The notes under the pieces: model-generated
Databases searched by the model: none
What the model was told of the DNA's origin: nothing
The model's input: only the letters and a program-made list of their open reading frames with translations
In this document: one piece after another, positions 25,108 through 32,000 of the stretch
Layout of the letters: every line of letters begins with the position of its first letter
Numbering within the stretch: position 1 is the first letter of the stretch
Made by a program: the position numbers and the translations under genes
From: Alkalilimnicola ehrlichii MLHE-1
GTDB taxonomy: Bacteria > Pseudomonadota > Gammaproteobacteria > Nitrococcales > Halorhodospiraceae
Assembly: GCF_000014785.1 (NCBI RefSeq)
Contig: NC_008340.1
Location: 2,430,001 to 2,462,000, forward strand
DNA length: 32,000 bases
Direction of reading: 5' to 3'

Positions 25108-26427
25108 TCACTCATGCCGGGTGCGTGGGGCTGCCCACCGGGTCCCCACCCGGGGGCCTTCCCGCCGGGCGGGGGCGTTGAGGGCCTGAAGCTTCGGGTT
25201 GGAGACCGGGTCGTCCCTGCGCACAAACTGTCCGCTCTCCGCGTCCCGTTCATACAGGACCGTGGTGACGAAGTTACCGTCCCGCACCGTCACCAGCTCC
25301 CGCACCTCGCTGATACAGCGGGTTCCGTCCCTGAGCCGGACCAACTGGACGATCAGGTCTACGGCGGCGCCGATCATGCGGCGCACCGTGACCTCAGACA
25401 TCTGCCGCCCCGCCATGCCGAACAGCATCTCCATACGCAGCAGCGCATCGGTGGCGTTGTTGGCGTGCACCGTGGACATGGAGCCGTCGTGGCCGGTGTT
25501 CATTGCCTGCATCACCTCGACCACCTCATCGCCGCGCACCTCACCGAGGATGATGCGGTCCGGGCGCATGCGCAGGGCGTTCTTGACCAGGTCCCGGGCG
25601 GTGATCTCCCCATAGCCCTCGACGTTGGGCGGCCGGGTCTCCAGCCGAACCACGTGGCTATGGTGAAGCTGCAACTCGGCGGTGTCCTCAATGGTGACAA
25701 TGCGCTCCGTCGCACCCACATAGCCGCTCATGACATTGAGCAGCGTGGTCTTCCCGGTGCTCGTCCCGCCGCTGATGAGGATGTTGGCGCGCTGCTCCAC
25801 CGCGTTGCGCAGGAAGGCCAACAGGCCCTCGTCCAGCGTCTTGTAGGCGATCAGGTCATTGCCCCGCAGGGGGTCCGCGGCGAACTTGCGGATGGAGACG
25901 CAGGGGCCGTCCAGCGCCACCGGTGGGATCACCGCGTTGACCCGGCTGCCGTCTGGGAGACGGCCGTCGACCATCGGGCTGGCCTCGTCCAACCGCCGGC
26001 CCAGGGGGGCGAGGATCCGGTCGATGACCCGCTTGACGTGGTCGTCGTCGATGAATCGGTGGTCGGTCTCGAACAGCTTGCCGTCGCGCTCCACGATGAT
26101 GTGCTCGGGACCGTTCACCAACACCTCGGAGATCGAGGGGTCGGCCAGCAGGGTCTGCAGCGGCCCGAGGCCGCAGAGCTCATCGGCGATGTCCTCCGCG
26201 AGCCGGTCCAGGTCCTGGCGGCTGACGGCCAGCCGGTGGCTGGCCACGTACCCGCCCACCTTCTCGCGGACGTATTCCAGGATGGCGGGCCGCACCCAGG
26301 TGGCTAGGTCGACCCCGTCCTCCTCAATGGCGTCGATGAGATACCGGTGCAGCCGCAGTTTGAGGTTCTGCTCATCGGCTTTCTGCCGCAGCGCGATGCG
26401 CTTGCCGTACATCCCCACTTTCATCAC
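25108..26427 (-). CDS. tadA: TadA/CpaF-family secretion ATPase
   Basis: Walker A ISGGTSTGKTTLLNV, ERIVTIEDTAELQLHHSHVVRLETRPPNVEG, RMRPDRIILGEVRGDEVVEVMQAMNTGHDGSMSTVHAN. Confidence 0.96.
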   Translation of the reverse strand: MMKVGMYGKRIALRQKADEQNLKLRLHRYLIDAIEEDGVDLATWVRPAILEYVREKVGGYVASHRLAVSRQDLDRLAEDIADELCGLGPLQTLLADPSISEVLVNGPEHIIVERDGKLFETDHRFIDDDHVKRVIDRILAPLGRRLDEASPMVDGRLPDGSRVNAVIPPVALDGPCVSIRKFAADPLRGNDLIAYKTLDEGLLAFLRNAVEQRANILISGGTSTGKTTLLNVMSGYVGATERIVTIEDTAELQLHHSHVVRLETRPPNVEGYGEITARDLVKNALRMRPDRIILGEVRGDEVVEVMQAMNTGHDGSMSTVHANNATDALLRMEMLFGMAGRQMSEVTVRRMIGAAVDLIVQLVRLRDGTRCISEVRELVTVRDGNFVTTVLYERDAESGQFVRRDDPVSNPKLQALNAPARREGPRVGTRWAAPRTRHE

Positions 26428-27680
26428 CGGCCTCCCAGCAGCCGCTTCAGCCGCGCCAGCCCGCCCTTGCGGGCCCTCACCTCATCGCCCTGCAGCAACT
26501 GCCGGGCCAGGCTCTGCACCTCCCGCGCATAGGGGTCGGAGGGGGCCAGCTCCAGCAGGGTCTTGCCCAGGTTGATGGCCCGCAGCCGCTGACCGTCCCC
26601 GGTGCGCAGGACCGCCGCCAGCGGTGCGCCCATACGGTCGGCCACCATTTCGGCCTTGGGGGCCTGCCGGTGCTGGTAACGGTCCACCACGATATGCCGA
26701 GACTCGATGCGCACCCCGCTGTCCTCCACCTGGCGGATCCGGCGCAGGTTCTGCTGGCAACTGGGGATGCTCTGGTCCACCACCTGCAACACCTCGTCCG
26801 CACCACTCAGCATGACATTCAGGAACCCGCCGGCGGGCAACCCACCCAGGTTCACCACCAGGTGGCTGTAGTAGCGCTTCAGCGAGCCCAGGAGCAGATA
26901 GAGCTCGGCGGTGCTCACCTCCTCTTCCTCGTCCTCGAAGGAGTCCGGCATGGAGAGCACCTGCAGCCCCGTGGCGTGGGTGGGCAGGGCGTTCACCAGC
27001 AGGGTCCGGTCCAGCCGCTTCAGATTGCGGACCGCATCGAAAAAGGAGAAGGAGGACTTGAGGTTGAGCAGGGCGAGGGAGTCGGCCGGCGGGATCGCCA
27101 GGTCCAGCAACAGGACCTGGGCATCCCGGCTGTCCCGCTGGATGGCCTGGGCCAAATGGGTGCAGAAAAAGGCGTTGGCCATGCTGGGCCGGGCGTTCAT
27201 GACCGCCCAGACCCGCCCCTTGTCGGCGGCATCGCTGGGCTGCACCGGGGCCTTGTCCAGGGCCCGGCGGATCAGGGCCCGCACCTCGCTGGCCCGGGTG
27301 CCCACGGTGAGAAAGTCCCGCGCCCCCGCCCGCATGGCCGCCAGCAGTTCGTCCTGGTGCACCCCCTCCCCCACCGCAATCACGGTGATCAAGGACTTGA
27401 CGTCGAGGATACCCTCCACCAGGGCTGCGGACTGTGCCAGGTTGTGGCGGTCCATCCAGACGAAGAGCAGCGGTGTGTCGGTCAGGTCCAACACCCCGCG
27501 GATCTCCTCCAGGTTACCGGTCTCCGCCGGCACCACCGTGCCCATCTCCCCCAGGCTGAGCTTCAGCCATTCCAGCGCCCGCCCCTCCGGCAGGGCGGCC
27601 ACGAACCGATGGGCGCCCTGGGTCGCCGCCACCTCATTCGCCATGGCCACGCCCCCCGCCGCCGGAGCGGCCTGATTCAA
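26424..27680 (-). CDS. TadZ/CpaE-family MinD-like protein with degenerate P-loop; start may be MANEVAATQ at 27644
   Basis: N-terminal atypical REC-like domain (MRAGARDFLTVGTRASEVRALIRRAL) followed by MinD-like domain (DAQVLLLDLAIPPADSLALLNLKSSFSFFDAVRNLKRLDRTLLVNAL). Confidence 0.88.
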   Translation of the reverse strand: MNQAAPAAGGVAMANEVAATQGAHRFVAALPEGRALEWLKLSLGEMGTVVPAETGNLEEIRGVLDLTDTPLLFVWMDRHNLAQSAALVEGILDVKSLITVIAVGEGVHQDELLAAMRAGARDFLTVGTRASEVRALIRRALDKAPVQPSDAADKGRVWAVMNARPSMANAFFCTHLAQAIQRDSRDAQVLLLDLAIPPADSLALLNLKSSFSFFDAVRNLKRLDRTLLVNALPTHATGLQVLSMPDSFEDEEEEVSTAELYLLLGSLKRYYSHLVVNLGGLPAGGFLNVMLSGADEVLQVVDQSIPSCQQNLRRIRQVEDSGVRIESRHIVVDRYQHRQAPKAEMVADRMGAPLAAVLRTGDGQRLRAINLGKTLLELAPSDPYAREVQSLARQLLQGDEVRARKGGLARLKRLLGGR

Positions 27681-28920
27681 AGCTGCCGTCCTCCAGGAAG
27701 AACTGCTCGGTCCAACTGGGGCGGTAGTCCCGCAGGTCCTCGCCGGGCAGGGGCGGCTGCTCGGCGTCCCGCGCCAGCGGCTGCACCAGGTGCGGGGTGA
27801 CGATCATCAGCAGTTCGCGGTCCTCCTCGCTCACCCGCGAAGAGCGGAAGAAGGCACCGAGCACGGGGATGTTGCCCAGCCCCGGGAACTTGTCCACCTG
27901 GGAGGCCATGTGATTACTCACCAAGCCGGAGATGACAAAGCTCTCCCCATCCCCCAGGGTCACCGTGGTATCGGTGCGGCGCACCCGCAGGCCGGGCACC
28001 CGCGTGCCGGCAATCTCGATTCCGGAGGTATCGTCCAGTTCGCTGACCTCCGGCGCCACCTTCAGGGTCAGGCGGTCGCCGTCGATGACGGTGGGCGTGA
28101 ACGAGACCCGGACACCGAACTCCTTGAAGCGGATGTTGATGGTGTCCGAGCCAGAGCTGGGTACCGGCACCGGGAACTCGCCACCGGCATGGAAGGTCGC
28201 GCTCTGACCGCTCAGGGCCACCAGGCTGGGCTCCGCCAGGGTGTAGGCGAAGTCGTTGGCCTCCAGGGCGTTGATCATCGAGAGGAAGCGACTGCCGCCA
28301 CCGCCGTAGAAGATGTTGAACCCCGAGTCGGAGGCGGGCAGCCCCACGTTGGCGTCGCCCACGCCGCCGGGGGCAACCGAGCCGCTCACCGACCCCGGGC
28401 CGCCGAACAGGAAGTTGGCGCTGCCGCGCCGGCCTAGGATGGAGCCCCCCATCTCGCGCAACTTGGAGCGGCTGACCTCCACCAGGCGGATATCGGCCTG
28501 GACCTGCATGGGCAGGTCCGCCACCTGGTCGCGGCTGCCCTCCGCCTCGTGCACCTGGAGCGCCTCCCGGGCACTGACGATCACCAGCGTCCGATCAGGC
28601 CGGTCGTTGCAGGTGGTCCAGACATAGACCGAGGTCAACCCGCCATCGACACCGGTCAACAGCAGTTCGCGGTCGCCGATAATCTCCAGGTCCGCCACGT
28701 CCGGGTCACCCACCGCCACTCGGGTCACCCGGGTGGGGAAGGTCAACCGCTTGTGGACCCCGGCGTCCAGGTGCTTGACGTGGGGCAACACGCTGTTGAC
28801 CCGGTCGCAGCCGGCCTGGGCCACGTTGCCGGATATCCCCCCCAGCATCAGCCCTAGGACCAGGACACCGAGCAGGCCCTGCCGGGCAGGGCCGGGAATC
28901 ATTGCGGTCAGCTTGAACAT
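27634..28920 (-). CDS. RcpA/CpaC-family secretin; start placed at MFKLTAMIPG
   Basis: BON-like region (VGDPDVADLEIIGDRELLLTGVDGGLTSVYVW) and secretin core (VRRTDTTVTLGDGESFVISGLVSNHMASQVDKFPGLGNIPVLGAFFRSSRVSEEDRELLMIVTPHLVQPL). Confidence 0.93.
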   Translation of the reverse strand: MFKLTAMIPGPARQGLLGVLVLGLMLGGISGNVAQAGCDRVNSVLPHVKHLDAGVHKRLTFPTRVTRVAVGDPDVADLEIIGDRELLLTGVDGGLTSVYVWTTCNDRPDRTLVIVSAREALQVHEAEGSRDQVADLPMQVQADIRLVEVSRSKLREMGGSILGRRGSANFLFGGPGSVSGSVAPGGVGDANVGLPASDSGFNIFYGGGGSRFLSMINALEANDFAYTLAEPSLVALSGQSATFHAGGEFPVPVPSSGSDTINIRFKEFGVRVSFTPTVIDGDRLTLKVAPEVSELDDTSGIEIAGTRVPGLRVRRTDTTVTLGDGESFVISGLVSNHMASQVDKFPGLGNIPVLGAFFRSSRVSEEDRELLMIVTPHLVQPLARDAEQPPLPGEDLRDYRPSWTEQFFLEDGSFESGRSGGGGRGHGE

Positions 28921-28945
28921 GCGCACCGTTTCGCCCCCAATTGGT

Positions 28946-29896
28946 TTAATTTTGGCCCGGGCGGACCGTCTCCCGCTGCGTGCCGCGGTGCAGGTAAACC
29001 GGCGGCGGCTCCGGCGCGGGCTCATCCGCCACCGCCTCCACGGGCAGCAGGTCGGTCAGCGCGACGCGGCCCCAGGCCCGCGGGTCGTCGGGACTGTGCA
29101 GGGTGCGGAGGCGGGCGAAGCGCTCCGCCGGCTCCGTCCCCCATTCCGCCTCGAAGGCCTCCGGATCGAAATCGGGACGCCGCTCGATGGCCGGCCGGGC
29201 GGCGAGACGGAGGGTCCCGGCGCTGTCCGCCAGCAGCAGGGTGGCGACGTCCTCCTCCGGCAGGGCGAGGACCGCCGTGCGCGCGCCCCGTTGGCGCTGA
29301 GTGCCCTCCTCGTCGCGCCGGTCGACCACGCCGTCCGGGGGAATCGCCAGGTCCTCGCCGTAGGCCAGCACGCGGATATTGGGGTGCAGCAGGCGGCCGA
29401 TCTCGCCCACGCCGCGCTGACTCAGGTAGAGCATGACATCGACGCGATCGCCCGGCGACAGGTAGCCGCCGACCCCGATCACGTCGTCGACACTGATGGC
29501 CACCGCCCGCTCGCCGGGCAGCAGCCCGCGGCTGACCTGGCTGGCCACGGAGAAGCGCGGCGCGGTGAGCAGCTCGCCCTCCTGGATCGGGGCCTCAACC
29601 CGCAGCCCGATCACCTCTTCGGGGTCGGAAAAGGCCAGCGGCGGGACCCGCCGCAGGGTCTCGGTATGGATATCCGCTTCGCCGACCAACTGCCCCGGCT
29701 CCAGCTCCGTGACTGCGAACACCACCGGATGCCCATCCTCATCCGGCCGAGGCTCATCGGGCTCGGGGACGTCGGTGACCTCGTCAATGCGGATTTCGGA
29801 CTCGTCATCGGTGACCAGGCTGATGCCCCACCAGCCCACCACCAGTGCCGCCCCGATAAAAACAATCGCCAGTACGATCAGAACCCGGCTGTTCAT
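28946..29896 (-). CDS. Flp pilus assembly protein CpaB/RcpC
   Basis: LIVLAIVFIGAALVVGWWGISLV; SAF-like and RcpC domains (GEADIHTETLRRVPPLAF...RGLLPGERAVAISVDDVIGVGGYLSPGDRVDVMLYL). First gene of the minus-strand tad operon. Confidence 0.92.
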   Translation of the reverse strand: MNSRVLIVLAIVFIGAALVVGWWGISLVTDDESEIRIDEVTDVPEPDEPRPDEDGHPVVFAVTELEPGQLVGEADIHTETLRRVPPLAFSDPEEVIGLRVEAPIQEGELLTAPRFSVASQVSRGLLPGERAVAISVDDVIGVGGYLSPGDRVDVMLYLSQRGVGEIGRLLHPNIRVLAYGEDLAIPPDGVVDRRDEEGTQRQRGARTAVLALPEEDVATLLLADSAGTLRLAARPAIERRPDFDPEAFEAEWGTEPAERFARLRTLHSPDDPRAWGRVALTDLLPVEAVADEPAPEPPPVYLHRGTQRETVRPGQN

Positions 29897-30170
29897 AGCG
29901 CCTAACTATCCCCCCAAGGCAGAAACGGATGACCGCCCGACCACCGGAGGCGGCAAGACCAAACGAATAGTAATCATGACGGCCGCAGGGTTTATTGGCA
30001 ATACAAGAAGGGACTAGTTCTATTCTACGCATTGACTCGGTCGACACAAAACCGATGCGGGCACTGCCCAATTTCACCCCACGAGCACATAATAATAGTA
30101 ATTGTGGAAAAACCCGCGGCTTGCTAAGCTTTCTATATAGTCTCACCCATCCCTGCCGGAGAACGTACCG

Positions 30171-30356
30171 ATGAAGAAGTTCCTGCTAAAGCTGTGGAAA
30201 GACGAAGAGGGCGCCTCCGCCATCGAGTATGCCCTGATTGCGGCGATGGTGGCGGTTGCCCTTGTGGCGTTCGTCGGGCCGGTCCGCGACGCGATCACCG
30301 GCATTTTTAACGACATCCTCAATGCCTTGACCGGTGCCAACGGCAATGGCGATTAA
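30171..30356 (+). CDS. flp: Flp/Fap-type pilin (class IVb prepilin)
   Basis: MKKFLLKLWKDEEGASAIEYALIAAMVAVALVAFVGPVRDAITGIFNDILNALTG: leader ending in G followed by ASAIEYALIAA. Confidence 0.96.
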   Translation: MKKFLLKLWKDEEGASAIEYALIAAMVAVALVAFVGPVRDAITGIFNDILNALTGANGNGD

Positions 30357-30856
30357 TGATCTCCACCACCGCCATTGCGGTCTGGTGCAGCCTGACCGGG
30401 TACTGGGATGCCCGCCATCGCCGCATCCCCAACCTGCTGACCCTCCCGGCCGCCCTGGCCGGGCTGGCCTACGCGGTGGTCACCCAGACCGCCGCGCTGG
30501 GTGAGCTGCCCTGGGGCGCAGTGGCGGCAGGCGCCGCCATCGCCCTGGTGCTGACCCTGCCGGGCTTTGCCCTGGGCAAGCTGGGCGGCGGGGACGTCAA
30601 GCTGCTGCTGGCGATTGGCCTGCTGGGGGGGCACCCGGCGGTACTGAGCAGTTTCGTGGTCGCGGCCTTTACGGTCACGGGCCTCTTCCTGGCGCTGATC
30701 CTGGCCACCCGGCTGGCACCGTGGCCGGGCCTGCCCGGGCCCTTACGCTGTTCGCTTCAGCGCCTCCCCGGGCCGCGCGAGGCCCGGCTGCCCTTTGGCG
30801 TCGGCCTGTGTGCCGGCCTGCTTGGCTATATCGTCTGGCTGACCTGGTTGCAATAA
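30356..30856 (+). CDS. A24-family prepilin peptidase (TadV/CpaA)
   Basis: SLTGYWDARHRRIPNLLT and LGGGDVKLLLAIGLL catalytic Asp-containing motifs. Immediately follows flp. Confidence 0.93.
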   Translation: MISTTAIAVWCSLTGYWDARHRRIPNLLTLPAALAGLAYAVVTQTAALGELPWGAVAAGAAIALVLTLPGFALGKLGGGDVKLLLAIGLLGGHPAVLSSFVVAAFTVTGLFLALILATRLAPWPGLPGPLRCSLQRLPGPREARLPFGVGLCAGLLGYIVWLTWLQ

Positions 30857-31025
30857 CCGGCGACGCGGCGATTAACCGCAGCCAAATGAAATAGACCATC
30901 GGTGCGTCAAATCACCACAGCGAAGCCGTCCATGCCCGCCCGCACTACCAAAACGGATGCCTGCGACAATTAGCCACGCAGATTGTGCGCCCGTCGCCCC
31001 TGAGCCAGCGTTTCTCCCGCCCGAT

Positions 31026-32000
31026 TCACCGCTCCCGCAAGGCCTCCCGCGCCCGGTTAAAGGGCTTTATAATATACTGCAAGACCGTGCGCTGGCCGGT
31101 CTCGATATCCACCTCCGCCACCATGCCGGGGGAGATGGGGAAACGCTGACCGTTCTCCACCACCAGCTCATCGCTGTCGGTGTGAATGAAGACCTTGTAA
31201 TAGACCTCCTCGGGGTTGATCTCGTCGCGCTCGGTATCGGGTGAGATGTTCACCACCTCGCCCTCCAAGCCGCCGTAGATAGCGTAATCGTAGGCCGTGA
31301 TCTTCACCTGGGCGCGCTGACCGGGGTGGATGTAGGCGATGTCCCGGGGCGAGATGCGGGCCTCGATCCGCAACTCCCCGTCCTGGGGCACGATCTCCAT
31401 CAACTCGCCGTTGGGAGCCAGCACGCCGCCGATGGTGGTGACCGCCAGGTTCTGCACCCGGCCGCGCACCGGCGAGCGCAGGGTCTGGCGCTGACGGGTG
31501 TCCTCGTGACCGCGCAGGCTGGAGCGCAACGCCTCCACCTCGGTGCGGGTCTCTGCCAGGTCCTGGCGCGCGCGCACCCGGAACTCGTTACGCAATTGAT
31601 TCAACTCCCGGCGCAAATCCGCCTCGGAGCGGCGCAGCTGCAGCAACTCCACCTCGCTCGCCGCACCCGCACGGACCAGCTCCTCGGTGATCGAGCGTTC
31701 GTTACCGACCAGCTGCAGCGATGTCCGGATGTCCTGCTCAGTGCGCTCCAGATGCGCACGGCGCGCCTCGAACAGGGTTCGCTCGGCGGCCACCACCTCC
31801 GAGGCGAGGTCCAGCTCTTCGGGAAACCGGATCTCGCCCTCACCGGCCAGTTCCGCCTCCAGCCGCGCCTTTCGCGCCAGCGCCCCCTGGTAGCGGGCGA
31901 TCACCTCGTCCATGTCGGCCTGGGTGCGGGTCGGGTCCAGGCGCGCCAGCGGTTGCCCCGGCTCCACCATCTCCCCCTCGGCCACCAGCAGCTCCTGGAG
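31026..32000 (-). CDS. Type I secretion HlyD-family membrane fusion protein, partial (N-terminus beyond the right edge)
   Basis: GEMVEPGQPLARLDPTRTQADMDEV, RQRQTLRSPVRGRVQNLAVTTIGGVLAPNGELMEIVPQDGELRIEARISPRDIAYIHPGQRAQVKITAYDYAIYGGLEGEVVNISPDT, RTVLQYIIKPFNRAREALRER. Confidence 0.93.
   Translation of the reverse strand, partial: LQELLVAEGEMVEPGQPLARLDPTRTQADMDEVIARYQGALARKARLEAELAGEGEIRFPEELDLASEVVAAERTLFEARRAHLERTEQDIRTSLQLVGNERSITEELVRAGAASEVELLQLRRSEADLRRELNQLRNEFRVRARQDLAETRTEVEALRSSLRGHEDTRQRQTLRSPVRGRVQNLAVTTIGGVLAPNGELMEIVPQDGELRIEARISPRDIAYIHPGQRAQVKITAYDYAIYGGLEGEVVNISPDTERDEINPEEVYYKVFIHTDSDELVVENGQRFPISPGMVAEVDIETGQRTVLQYIIKPFNRAREALRER

Noticed and set aside
25114-26307. Plus-strand ORF of 397 aa antisense to the TadA/CpaF ATPase
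   Set aside because: Antisense shadow of a highly conserved gene, with His/Gly/Val/Gln-rich composition and no recognisable motif. The same reasoning applies to 23121..24116, 26670..27800 and 28733..29905.
30106-30126. Possible sigma-54 promoter (TGGAAAAACCCGCGGCTTGCT) upstream of flp
   Set aside because: The GG-to-GC distance is about 15 nt, far from the consensus 10.
1-32000. tRNA, rRNA, IS elements or prophage genes
   Set aside because: No transposase or integrase signature and no recognisable tRNA or rRNA segment was seen by eye. A tRNAscan/Infernal run would be needed to exclude small structured RNAs.

Overview
High-GC gammaproteobacterial-type chromosomal segment. From left to right it contains: (1) the 3' end of a Crp/Fnr-family regulator, convergent with a ubiT-ubiV-ubiU (O2-independent ubiquinone biosynthesis) cluster; (2) a block of dispersed bipartite palindromic repeats; (3) a zinc alcohol dehydrogenase plus a small membrane protein; (4) a polar amino-acid ABC transporter (glnHPQ-like); (5) a YedK/HMCES-type SRAP protein; (6) a membrane protein plus an SDR oxidoreductase; (7) an exporter operon (TolC-like, HlyD/MacA-like, LolD/MacB-like ATPase, FtsX/MacB-like permease, Yip1-like membrane protein), followed by a stand-alone C39-type peptidase; (8) a LuxR-type response regulator, a multi-PAS histidine kinase and a REC-only regulator; (9) a Tad/Flp pilus locus with divergent flp pilin and prepilin peptidase; (10) the 3' part of a type I secretion HlyD-family adaptor. 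The most interesting object is absent from the supplied ORF track because it is shorter than 60 aa. It is a 58-aa minus-strand ORF (9356..9532) with a near-perfect shine-dalgarno sequence and its own intrinsic terminator. It has a textbook double-glycine leader (MFRELTNVEMDAVVGG) followed by a 42-aa Gly/Leu/Val-rich peptide with a regular glycine-zipper pattern. It is divergent from the TolC-MacAB-like exporter genes, and a free-standing C39 (double-glycine) peptidase lies just beyond them. I propose a candidate split double-glycine-peptide processing and export system. All functional statements are inferences from sequence motifs read by eye.
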